From a virus (lineage: Duplodnaviria; Caudoviricetes): a stretch of 64,000 nucleotides of DNA. The notes beneath the pieces are model-generated. The model saw nothing but the letters and a program-made list of their open reading frames with translations. It had not been told where the DNA came from and did no database searches. The DNA lies in IMG/VR virus record IMGVR_UViG_3300030330_002183, positions 32,001-96,000 of that record; one strand, 5' to 3'. Made by a program: the position numbers and the translations under genes. Below, piece by piece: positions 18,599 through 27,053 of the stretch (positions are counted from its first letter, which is position 1; each line of letters begins with the position of its first letter).

Positions 18599-19293
18599 TG
18601 GAAATAGAAGAAATACAAGAAAAATTTATTGATAAATTAAAACCTTCAGGCTGGTATGAGACAGGTATATGGAACTTAATCCATTCTCCCCAGTTTAGAA
18701 GGCCTATAGAAACACTTATGTCAGAAGTAAGTGATGGTAAAAAGTTTACACCTAAATTTAAAGATCTATTAAAAGCATATGAGCTATGCAATTATAATGA
18801 TCTTAAGGTTGTAATTGTTGGACAAGATCCATATCCACAGGCAGATGTTGCTGACGGAATAGCATTTAGTTGTTCTAAGACTAATAAAGAACAGCCATCA
18901 TTAAGATATATTTTTGATGAACTTCAAACACAGTATCCAGATGCAACTAGAGATTGTGATCTAAGTAGATGGTCTAAGCAAGGCGTGCTTATGTTAAATA
19001 CTGCACTGACATGTGAAGTAGATAATATTGGAGCACATGTTAAGATATGGAAAGGTTGGACAGAGTGTATATTTGCCAATGTTTTAACTGATTATCCTAA
19101 AGTTATTGACTTTGTATTTATGGGTGCTAAAGCAAAACCATTTGCAAAGATGATTTCTAATGAGCATAAAAAACATTTTGTAATTCATCCTGCAGCTGCT
19201 GCATATCGTGGTGGTAAGTGGGACAGTGATAACTTATTTAAGAAGATAAATGAAAATCTCAAAGAAAGAGGAGAAAAAGAAATCCAATGGTAA
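18598..19293 (+). CDS. ung: uracil-DNA glycosylase (family 1)
   Basis: KVVIVGQDPY, GIAFS, PSL..IF, WSKQGVLMLN, HP motif. Confidence 0.92.
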   Translation: MEIEEIQEKFIDKLKPSGWYETGIWNLIHSPQFRRPIETLMSEVSDGKKFTPKFKDLLKAYELCNYNDLKVVIVGQDPYPQADVADGIAFSCSKTNKEQPSLRYIFDELQTQYPDATRDCDLSRWSKQGVLMLNTALTCEVDNIGAHVKIWKGWTECIFANVLTDYPKVIDFVFMGAKAKPFAKMISNEHKKHFVIHPAAAAYRGGKWDSDNLFKKINENLKERGEKEIQW

Positions 19294-19378
19294 GAAAAAA
19301 GTTACAAAACCTAAACCTAAAGAAAAAGAAAAAGATAAAGGTAAAGAGTGTGACCTCATCTTCATCTATTGGCAGTAA
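19250..19378 (+). CDS. possible 42-aa Lys-rich peptide
   Basis: Read manually: MKISKKEEKKKSNGKKKVTKPKPKEKEKDKGKECDLIFIYWQ; it fills the gap before the radical SAM gene. Confidence 0.35.
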   Translation: MKISKKEEKKKSNGKKKVTKPKPKEKEKDKGKECDLIFIYWQ

Positions 19379-19390
19379 TATTGTAGTTAT

Positions 19391-20230
19391 ATGGCCAAGT
19401 TAAAATATCAAAAAACAAAAACTTTAGTTACTAAGACAAATAACAATAGCTCTGATTGCATTGCACCAAATATAATCTACGGATGTTTTGGTGGTTGTGT
19501 AGACACCTATTGTTATATGTCAAGGTATAATGGACACAGAGTATTTGTCAATGAGAATGTTGACCAGATATTTAACTCTGTAGTTGAATGGGAAAAGACT
19601 TATGATAAGGTACCTAATCAACAAGATCCTGTATATACAATGGTAGACATTGCATGCAATTCAGACTTAGTTTTGATGCAGAAGCATGTACCAGGGACAC
19701 TTCATAATTATCTTAAGATGTATGATGATCACCCACAACTTAATAGCACTATGGCTACTAAGTATCCAGGTCTACTAAAGCTTGATGTAAATCACTTTAA
19801 TAAAAGGCCACGTGTGCGTGTTAGTCTTATGCCACAAAAGTATTCAGATGTTCTTGAGCCAAAGATGCAGAAGATACTATCTAGAATTCATGATGTCAAT
19901 AGACTAAAAGATCTTGGATGGGAAGTTCATCTTAATTATTCTCCACTTGTATTTTATCCAGGTTGGCGTGATGAGTATGATACACTATTTAAACTTGTAA
20001 AGAAATACGCAGGTGAAAATAAATGTGAAGTTATTGCACTTACTAATCATGTAAATCAAATGAATAAAGCAAGTGAAGAGGCACGGGAATACATGAAGTA
20101 TTCAAATGAAGTGAAAAATTATAGTGGAGTAATGAGATACCCACTTAGACAAAAGACAAAGTTACTTAGTGACTTTAAGAGCATCTATGGTAAATATTTT
20201 AATTTATCTACCATAAGATATATTTTTTAA
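19391..20230 (+). CDS. spore photoproduct lyase-like radical SAM protein
   Basis: N-terminal GCFGGCVDTYCY, DIACNSD, ATKY, RVRVSLMPQ, NYSPL and terminal RYIF resemble SplB. Confidence 0.8.
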   Translation: MAKLKYQKTKTLVTKTNNNSSDCIAPNIIYGCFGGCVDTYCYMSRYNGHRVFVNENVDQIFNSVVEWEKTYDKVPNQQDPVYTMVDIACNSDLVLMQKHVPGTLHNYLKMYDDHPQLNSTMATKYPGLLKLDVNHFNKRPRVRVSLMPQKYSDVLEPKMQKILSRIHDVNRLKDLGWEVHLNYSPLVFYPGWRDEYDTLFKLVKKYAGENKCEVIALTNHVNQMNKASEEAREYMKYSNEVKNYSGVMRYPLRQKTKLLSDFKSIYGKYFNLSTIRYIF

Positions 20231-20254
20231 TTATTAATCTTTAAATTTGTAAAC

Positions 20255-20419
20255 ATGAATGACAATTTAAAACCAATGGAAATGGAAGAGCCTAATCTTT
20301 CAAATGTAAAATTAGATCAAGAACCAAACATTGAAAATGTTAATCTTGATGAGGATAGTATTATTAGAAAACATGCAGAGACAATAGTCAACGCTGACAA
20401 GAATAATGAATCAAACTAA
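20255..20419 (+). CDS. small acidic hypothetical protein (54 aa)
   Basis: Read manually: MNDNLKPMEMEEPN...; TAAATTTG box at 20242-20249. Confidence 0.45.
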   Translation: MNDNLKPMEMEEPNLSNVKLDQEPNIENVNLDEDSIIRKHAETIVNADKNNESN

Positions 20420-20723
20420 TTTTAAAAAACTTTTAAAAGCTAGATTTAAAAAGATTGAGGATACTTTTACTGTCAAACAGAAAGAGTATGCTAATGACTT
20501 TGATGTATTTGAGAATATAAAAAATGGTGTTGGGGTATCTGTATTTACTACAGAACCTGAGCAAGTAGCATGGAACTATGCTGCAAAGCATCTTGAATCA
20601 ATTATATCAATGTTAGAAAAGTTACCAGAAGAAGAACCTTCTGAGGAACTGATTAATGAAAAAATAGGAGATGCCATAAACTATTTAATTATTATAGAAG
20701 GGCTTTTAAAAGAAAGAAAGTAG
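20406..20723 (+). CDS. all-alpha NTP-pyrophosphatase-like / nucleotide-modification-associated protein
   Basis: KQKEYA..DVFEN and EKIGDAINYLII (K..EY / D..NY signature of MazG-like phage families). Confidence 0.6.
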   Translation: MNQTNFKKLLKARFKKIEDTFTVKQKEYANDFDVFENIKNGVGVSVFTTEPEQVAWNYAAKHLESIISMLEKLPEEEPSEELINEKIGDAINYLIIIEGLLKERK

Positions 20724-20758
20724 ATATAAAACCAACGTTTATATTTACTGTAAAGGGG

Positions 20759-20796
20759 CTAGCAGGTTTATTCCATTTCCTGCTAGTCTTTTTTTT
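20759..20796. terminator. terminator between convergent modules
   Basis: CTAGCAGG...CCTGCTAG followed by a T run, at the +/- strand switch. Confidence 0.8.
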
Positions 20797-21889
20797 ATGA
20801 TTTCCAGAACCTACCTGTAGTTTGTAGTCTTAGATTGGTAATATTTCCTGATGCAGATTCTGCTGTTACAGTATATTGATAACCTATAAAAAATAAATCA
20901 CCTACTGAAAGTGTTATATTAGTAGTTTGTGCATTTATTTGCACTCTATTTGCTGTTGCATTAAAATCTATATCACCTAATATTTGTGTTGTATAATTAA
21001 AAGTACTGTCTCCAGCAGATGGACTATATCTATATAATACAGCTTTTACTTGACCTCCAGTACCTAAAGCAGCAATAGCTGCAGCTGTCATATTAGCCAT
21101 TGACAAATTATACCAACTTACTCTATCCCATGCAGATGTTGCTCTCTCAAGATTAGTTTGCCATTTAAAAGCTTCATCTGATGGATATGATCCTGGACTA
21201 ACTGCAGATCCTATATTCTTACCTGTATAAAATCCTGAACCACGGTCTTCTAATATAGGAAACAAGTATGGATCTCTCATATCCCATGATGATAAAAATA
21301 AGTTATGATTATTTATTTGATGATATAGAGTAGGAACAGATGCATCTATAGTAACTTGTGTTGCACTGTTTCTTGTTAAAGTAATGTTTGTACCTTCAGT
21401 TAAATTAACTGTAGAGTCAGATCCAGAAGCAGCATCTAAAAGTAAAGGAACATTGGAACCTGCTTTTGCACTTGCTTCTAAAGTATAAGTATCTCCGCCA
21501 CCTCCAGAACAACATGTTCCATAAGCTATTGTACAAGAAGCAAACTCATGTACAAAATCATTATCACCTTGTAAAGGAGCTACAACTTTTTTAATTACTT
21601 CATTAGAAGGATGAGTATTAAGCTCACGTATACCTTCCATTAATATTACTTGTGCTCTATCAGCAGTAATTGTTGTAGGATTAAGAGTTATTGTTATTGT
21701 ATCTTTAGCATTGACATCTCTGGCACCTTTCATATAAATAATTAACTGATTGGTACCTTTACCAAAACCTAAAATATCATTTTGACTATACAGTTGTGTT
21801 TCACTTGCTGTACCATCATAAAATGATAAAACATAACCACCCCTAATAGGAGGCATTGCTATTTGTGGTCCTGGATTATATATAGGCAT
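20795..21889 (-). CDS. putative virion structural / fibre-like protein
   Basis: Thr/Ser/Gly-rich beta sequence, GGGG linker, TEGTNITLT motif typical of fibre proteins. Confidence 0.55.
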   Translation of the reverse strand: MPIYNPGPQIAMPPIRGGYVLSFYDGTASETQLYSQNDILGFGKGTNQLIIYMKGARDVNAKDTITITLNPTTITADRAQVILMEGIRELNTHPSNEVIKKVVAPLQGDNDFVHEFASCTIAYGTCCSGGGGDTYTLEASAKAGSNVPLLLDAASGSDSTVNLTEGTNITLTRNSATQVTIDASVPTLYHQINNHNLFLSSWDMRDPYLFPILEDRGSGFYTGKNIGSAVSPGSYPSDEAFKWQTNLERATSAWDRVSWYNLSMANMTAAAIAALGTGGQVKAVLYRYSPSAGDSTFNYTTQILGDIDFNATANRVQINAQTTNITLSVGDLFFIGYQYTVTAESASGNITNLRLQTTGRFWKS

Positions 21890-21899
21890 ACTTATAAAA

Positions 21900-22037
21900 T
21901 TATCTGCCCTGACCTACATATTGTTTTTTATAGTTCTGAGCTCCTTTACTTTTACTAGTTTTGGTCTTAGCATGTACTCCAGGTCTTTTCTTTTTCTTAT
22001 TACCTGTAAATACATATACGTTTACTTTCCTAGCCAT
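21900..22037 (-). CDS. small highly basic protein (45 aa)
   Basis: Read manually: MARKVNVYVFTGNKKKKRPGVHAKTKTSKSKGAQNYKKQYVGQGR. Confidence 0.65.
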   Translation of the reverse strand: MARKVNVYVFTGNKKKKRPGVHAKTKTSKSKGAQNYKKQYVGQGR

Positions 22038-22040
22038 AAT

Positions 22041-22289
22041 TTATTTTCTAGTTTTTTTAGGATCCATTGAATATCCATATCTTGCATAACCCATATTGTT
22101 ACGTACTGATCTAGATAATGCTCTTAAACCAGCACCTTCTTTACCAGGAGGTACTTCTTTAAGTTCTTTTCCTTTTTGAGCTTTATCTTTTGCTCTTCTT
22201 GCTGATGGTGCAGCTCCATAAGCTCCTCCATCTCCGTAAGTTACAAGGCCATTTTTACTTTTAAAACCTCCTTTAATGTGCATTGGCAT
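22041..22289 (-). CDS. small basic Gly-rich protein
   Basis: 82 aa, K/R/G-rich. Confidence 0.65.
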   Translation of the reverse strand: MPMHIKGGFKSKNGLVTYGDGGAYGAAPSARRAKDKAQKGKELKEVPPGKEGAGLRALSRSVRNNMGYARYGYSMDPKKTRK

Positions 22290-22308
22290 AATTTCTAATT
22301 TTTAATAG

Positions 22309-22704
22309 TTATTTTTTTCTTATTTTCTCTACAGAACGGCCACCAAAATAAGCACCTATTACTGTTATTAATACTAGTTGCAGTAGATCAGTCCACTTCT
22401 CTTCTACAACAAAGCTTATTGCACCTGCGTCAATAAAAATAAGTAGCATAGTGCAAACAATTAAAAATATAAGAACCATTGGTCTTACATTCTTAGATAA
22501 CCAAGAGTCAGATGCCATATCAGCATTCCAACGTTCAGTTATTTGTTTATCCATCTCAGCTTCATGCTTCAGGATTAATTCTTTTAGTTTTCTTTTAGCT
22601 TCTAGCTTTTCTTCTTTGGATGTAGTTAGGTTATCTAGAACCCCACCAACTGATTCAACCAGTTCTCCTGCACCTCCGCTAAATATTTTTCCTAGTATAC
22701 TCAT
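22309..22704 (-). CDS. holin (3TM / GTA-holin-like)
   Basis: RW.ADMASDSWLSKNVRP, two TM helices, GAYFGGRSVEK; likely start is MSILGKIF. Confidence 0.85.
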   Translation of the reverse strand: MSILGKIFSGGAGELVESVGGVLDNLTTSKEEKLEAKRKLKELILKHEAEMDKQITERWNADMASDSWLSKNVRPMVLIFLIVCTMLLIFIDAGAISFVVEEKWTDLLQLVLITVIGAYFGGRSVEKIRKK

Positions 22705-22705
22705 A

Positions 22706-22939
22706 TTATAATACTCTATTTGGGCCCATTTCCATTCCATATGGACAACCACATCCTTGTACTTGTCCTCCTTCAGCCTTCTTAAAACTTTTTAATGTCT
22801 TTGCTAAGTTACATCTTTGCTTTGCTAATGTAGATGGTGGATTTTGACAATACTGAGATATACTCATACCTTTTGCTTTAGCAGCAGCGGTAAGAGATCC
22901 CGGTTTTTTTATTGCTCCTTTAATCCAGTTTTTAGACAT
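22706..22939 (-). CDS. small basic phage protein
   Basis: WIKGAIKKPGSL...KQRCNLAKTLK. Confidence 0.7.
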   Translation of the reverse strand: MSKNWIKGAIKKPGSLTAAAKAKGMSISQYCQNPPSTLAKQRCNLAKTLKSFKKAEGGQVQGCGCPYGMEMGPNRVL

Positions 22940-23241
22940 TACTCACATTTATCAGCATGTGAACCATCACAGTTTCCATCAGGATCTTGTGTTTTACCAC
23001 ATGCACATTTCTTAGCCATGTATTTGTCAAATGCTCCTGACTTAACTACATCAGCAAATAATTTAAATTGTTCTTTAGTGAAAGATGTATATCCTTCTTC
23101 ATCACCACCTACTACAACTGTATCTGACTCAGCAGAAATATCAATAGCAGGGCATGATTTGCAGTTAGCACAAAAAGTCATCTGAGCTCTTCCTTCAGAA
23201 ACTTCTACATTTTTTAGGCCGTTAAATTCTTTTAAACTCAT
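22939..23241 (-). CDS. CDGSH iron-sulfur domain protein with DUF397-like N-terminus
   Basis: C-terminal CACGKTQDPDGNCDGSH; N-terminal CANCKSCP and FTKEQFKLFADVVKSGAFD. Confidence 0.7.
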   Translation of the reverse strand: MSLKEFNGLKNVEVSEGRAQMTFCANCKSCPAIDISAESDTVVVGGDEEGYTSFTKEQFKLFADVVKSGAFDKYMAKKCACGKTQDPDGNCDGSHADKCE

Positions 23242-23261
23242 TGGTTTATTCTTTTAAATTG

Positions 23262-23444
23262 TTACAGTTCAAATCCTAAGTTAAAGATCATAAATCTAAA
23301 CTTTGCACAATAAGCTTTTTTGTTCTCACATACTTCACATGGACAAAACATAACTTCTAATACAGTTAGTTTACCAATTCTTACATTGATCTCATACTTC
23401 TCTTTTTTATTTCCTGATTTCCAGGAATTAATCCAATTAATCAT
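23262..23444 (-). CDS. small hypothetical protein
   Basis: 60 aa with a CPCEVC motif. Confidence 0.6.
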   Translation of the reverse strand: MINWINSWKSGNKKEKYEINVRIGKLTVLEVMFCPCEVCENKKAYCAKFRFMIFNLGFEL

Positions 23445-23468
23445 ATTAAATTATTTTATGGTTATATA

Positions 23469-23483
23469 ATAATATACAAAAAA
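23469..23483 (-). promoter_or_regulatory. putative phage late-promoter motif TTTTTTGTATATTAT
   Basis: Identical 15-mer also at 30022-30036; both copies are intergenic and upstream of - strand operons. Confidence 0.55.
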
Positions 23484-23487
23484 ATTA

Positions 23488-24582
23488 TCAGAATATCACG
23501 TAATTGACACCCAATTTAAAGTCATGCCATTGTCTATTCCAATACTTATTGTATTTACCTTCCAAGAAAAAGCCAAGATGCTTACTAGCTCTCCATCCAA
23601 AAATTAAACCACCAGAGTAGTCTGTCCATTGCCCTCCGTGGAATGTATGATAAGAATACTCTCCTCCCGCATCATAGTGATAAGGCATTATGTTTCCCCA
23701 GGTATGTACCCAGAAGTCTTTTGTGAAATGGTAATAGTCCAACCCTATTACTAGAGAATGGTTCCACTGTGTTGGTAACTCATTTCTTTTCTTTTCTACA
23801 TAGTTGGATAGTACTTCAGGGATCACCACAGCTTCCCATACCTGGGTGTTTTCTGCTACAACGTTCCCATTAGGATTAAGATAGGTTACTCCGCCTGAGC
23901 CATCAAATTCTACATTATACCCTTCTTCTAAAGCAAGGTTTGTGTAGTGTATGTCTCCTGTAGATAGCACCCACTCTTCTAGTGGATCGTATCCATATGG
24001 TTCAGACAGTCTTTGTACTGCTCCTATATTCAATGAAAACTTATTGTTGAACTTTTGTCTATACCTTTGTGATGACTCGTAATACTTAATATCCGCAAAA
24101 CCATCTTGAACATATTCTACCTTTGCTATCCATCTGTTAGCTACGTATCTTAAAAAATGCTGTTGATTGAGAAAGTCGGTACCTTGTTGTCTAGCGTAAT
24201 CTAATTCAAAAAGAAACTCAAAACCTCTTACTTTACCTAATGTTGCTGCATCACTGTATGATTTTTCACTACCATCATAAAATGTATTAGCTCTATTCTC
24301 GTATCCAAATCTAGCAATCTTTCTAATACCAACTGACATTGAATAGTCAAATGGAGTCTCTATTGTTTCTTTTTCTAATCCATTCGTAACTGAAAATACA
24401 TCAACATCTGAAATAGAGTTGTTGCCATTGATAGCACCGTAAAAAGTAGCAAACTTAAATGTTTTTTTAAGGCTGCTTTTAAAATTACTTTCCTGACTAA
24501 AAGCAGAAGTTGTTCCTATTAGGAACATTACAATCATTACTAAAACATATATAACTGGTGTTATATCTATTGTCTTCCTCAT
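23488..24582 (-). CDS. putative outer-membrane beta-barrel protein
   Basis: Signal peptide (...SAFS/QE), alternating aromatic-rich strands, C-terminal FKLGVNYVIF beta-signal. Confidence 0.65.
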   Translation of the reverse strand: MRKTIDITPVIYVLVMIVMFLIGTTSAFSQESNFKSSLKKTFKFATFYGAINGNNSISDVDVFSVTNGLEKETIETPFDYSMSVGIRKIARFGYENRANTFYDGSEKSYSDAATLGKVRGFEFLFELDYARQQGTDFLNQQHFLRYVANRWIAKVEYVQDGFADIKYYESSQRYRQKFNNKFSLNIGAVQRLSEPYGYDPLEEWVLSTGDIHYTNLALEEGYNVEFDGSGGVTYLNPNGNVVAENTQVWEAVVIPEVLSNYVEKKRNELPTQWNHSLVIGLDYYHFTKDFWVHTWGNIMPYHYDAGGEYSYHTFHGGQWTDYSGGLIFGWRASKHLGFFLEGKYNKYWNRQWHDFKLGVNYVIF

Positions 24583-27053
24583 TGTTTTATAATTTTATTG
24601 AAGTATTGTTTATCATTAACATTTACTATAATATTATATAGACCATCTGCATAGTCTGATAAATCTATTACTTGTGGATTAAGCTCATCAATTATAGTTT
24701 TTCCACTCATATCTAAAACCTTTAATTGTATTTCTAATCTTGTAGATATTCTTACAATTCCAGTTGTTGGATTAGGATATATTACAACACCCATTACTGA
24801 TAAATCATCTATATTTGTAGGCCATCCAAGTTGACAATAATCATACATTGTTTGACATGATGCATCCCATGCATTTTCACAGCAATAAACATCTACATCA
24901 ATTACCCATGCATAACATCCATCATTTAACCAATAAGGATTACCTGGACCATCAATACAACCAGCACTATATAAACAAGAAGCTGAGTCATTAACATTTG
25001 CTAAAGGTTCATAGTTCCACGCACCTTGATCCATACACCCTGTAACCACTTCAATACACGTGCCGTTGTCAGTATTAGCCAACGGATCATAATTAAGGGC
25101 AGTACTATCAGTACAACCATAAATGTAAGCAATACAAGTAAAGTCTTCTGTATTAGCTTGTGGATTGTAGTTGAGCATGCTTGGATCAGTACAACCATAA
25201 ATAAAAGGAATGCAATTATTGTCATCTGTATTTGCTAAAGGATTAAAATTAAACATAGTAGAATCCATACAACCAAACACAAAAGGTTCACAAGAACCAT
25301 TATCTACATTGGCTAAAGGATTATAGTTAAAAGCAGAAGCATCTGTACAACCATATACTATATCAATACAACTTGAGTCATCTACATTTGCTAGCGGATT
25401 GTAATTAAATGCATTAGGGTCTGTACACCCTGGCACTGGTAATACACAAGAACCATCATCTGTATTAGCAGTTGAATCATAATTAAGTGCAATAGGATTT
25501 GTACAACCATCAACAACTGGTATACATGTTGAGTCATCAACATTAGCATTAGGATTATAGTTAAATGCTAAAGGATTCATACATCCTTCTACTATTGCTA
25601 CACATGATCCTGGTATCTCTACGTTTGCTAGCGGATCATAGTTAAGAGCTGTTGAGTCCATGCATCCTGCAACAATCAAAGTTGCACATGATCCATCATC
25701 ATAATCAGCAGCTGTATCATATTCTAAATATAGTGGGTTCATACATCCTGCCACATAGTAACAAGAGCTATCATCTGTGTTAGCCTCATCATAATAGTTT
25801 AAAGCTAGGCTATCTGTACACCCAAATATCTTTTCTATGCACGTATTACCACAATTAGTAATAAAAGAATATGGAAACAAAGGTTGTATAAATGGAGGTT
25901 GAACACTAATTAATGTATCACCTTCTGGATTAAGTAAAGTAAACCCACACTCTATAGTAGTTAGTGCTGCCTGTGGAGATATTTGAAACCTAAACGTAGC
26001 AGGATCCGGAGCATCTATTGTAAATTGGTATTCATCATTGAAACCACCTGTGTGAGTAAAATTAAAAGACGTATCAGGCAACTCTAATTCTAAATTTGAA
26101 CCAACCCAACCATTACCCATTAGATCATGCAGTATTAGTGTAAACTCACATTGTGGAACTAGGTCCATTGTGTTAGCTGTAGAATCATAGTTAAATGCAT
26201 CTGGATCAATGCATCCAAATACTTTTAATGTTTGACAGCTACCATCATCAGTATCTGCAAACGGGTTCCACTCTACATAATCATCATCTGTACACCCATA
26301 TATAGGAGGACATGTATCAATAACAAATACGTGTGTACTATCTGTACCAAAAGCTGGGTCTGTACCATATACTAATGTATCACCACATTGTTTAACAAAA
26401 TAAGATCCATCTTGACCTTGCCAAAGTGAACCATTTAAACCGTCTCCATAAGAATCAAATATTGTAAAATTTAACACAGTTTGTGGTAAACATACAGGAA
26501 CAACAACAGTTCCATAATCTGGTTGTGAACCATAACCACTACCTGATGCTACTACATAACCTAAAGTATCAGTAATCTCCCAGGACGTTTCTGATTGATA
26601 CTGATCTAAATTAATTATAACTACTGCAGGTAAACATGGTGGAGGTGGAGGTCCGTTTGGTTGACATGGACCTAAATTAAAGTTTATTATTTCTGTAGCA
26701 AAATAATTTGTAGGTGAAGATATAAATTCTACTATTGTATCTTGACAGTTATTCCATGTTCTAAAATAACCTTGCATGCCTGTATCTTGCCATCCGTCTC
26801 CATATTGATCTAATAGAATAGCAGTAAGAGGTTGTGCGTTTATAAATAAAGTATCTAATAAATATTCACTTTGCACTGTAGGTTGATGATGATACACAGT
26901 ATCACCTTGGGCATCTGTAATATAAAATTGAGATTCTGCAGGTCCCCATGAATCATATTGTGCTTCTATGACAATATAAGAATTTTGTGATAATGCAAAG
27001 CTAGATAATAATATTAATAGTGGAAATAAAAGTTTTTTCATATTAAAAATCAC
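24579..27053 (-). CDS. secreted Cys/Asp-repeat protein with T9SS (Por) type A C-terminal sorting domain
   Basis: Sec signal MKKLLFPLLILLSSFALS/Q; three D.YGDGW-type modules; 13 GCxD/N...C repeats; CTD IYPNP...DMSGK...DGLYNI...KIIKQ. Confidence 0.85.
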   Translation of the reverse strand: MIFNMKKLLFPLLILLSSFALSQNSYIVIEAQYDSWGPAESQFYITDAQGDTVYHHQPTVQSEYLLDTLFINAQPLTAILLDQYGDGWQDTGMQGYFRTWNNCQDTIVEFISSPTNYFATEIINFNLGPCQPNGPPPPPCLPAVVIINLDQYQSETSWEITDTLGYVVASGSGYGSQPDYGTVVVPVCLPQTVLNFTIFDSYGDGLNGSLWQGQDGSYFVKQCGDTLVYGTDPAFGTDSTHVFVIDTCPPIYGCTDDDYVEWNPFADTDDGSCQTLKVFGCIDPDAFNYDSTANTMDLVPQCEFTLILHDLMGNGWVGSNLELELPDTSFNFTHTGGFNDEYQFTIDAPDPATFRFQISPQAALTTIECGFTLLNPEGDTLISVQPPFIQPLFPYSFITNCGNTCIEKIFGCTDSLALNYYDEANTDDSSCYYVAGCMNPLYLEYDTAADYDDGSCATLIVAGCMDSTALNYDPLANVEIPGSCVAIVEGCMNPLAFNYNPNANVDDSTCIPVVDGCTNPIALNYDSTANTDDGSCVLPVPGCTDPNAFNYNPLANVDDSSCIDIVYGCTDASAFNYNPLANVDNGSCEPFVFGCMDSTMFNFNPLANTDDNNCIPFIYGCTDPSMLNYNPQANTEDFTCIAYIYGCTDSTALNYDPLANTDNGTCIEVVTGCMDQGAWNYEPLANVNDSASCLYSAGCIDGPGNPYWLNDGCYAWVIDVDVYCCENAWDASCQTMYDYCQLGWPTNIDDLSVMGVVIYPNPTTGIVRISTRLEIQLKVLDMSGKTIIDELNPQVIDLSDYADGLYNIIVNVNDKQYFNKIIKQ
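24975..25825 (-). repeat. coding tandem array of 11 degenerate ~26-aa (~78-bp) repeats GC(T/M)(D/N)xxAxNYxxxANxDDGSC
   Basis: Counted in the translation; two more copies lie upstream in the same gene. Boundaries are approximate. Confidence 0.85.

Noticed and set aside
24975-25825. Periodic ~78-bp repeats as a CRISPR array or DGR template/variable repeat
   Set aside because: The units are degenerate at synonymous positions and in-frame within a protein; no constant repeat-spacer pattern and no reverse transcriptase in the window
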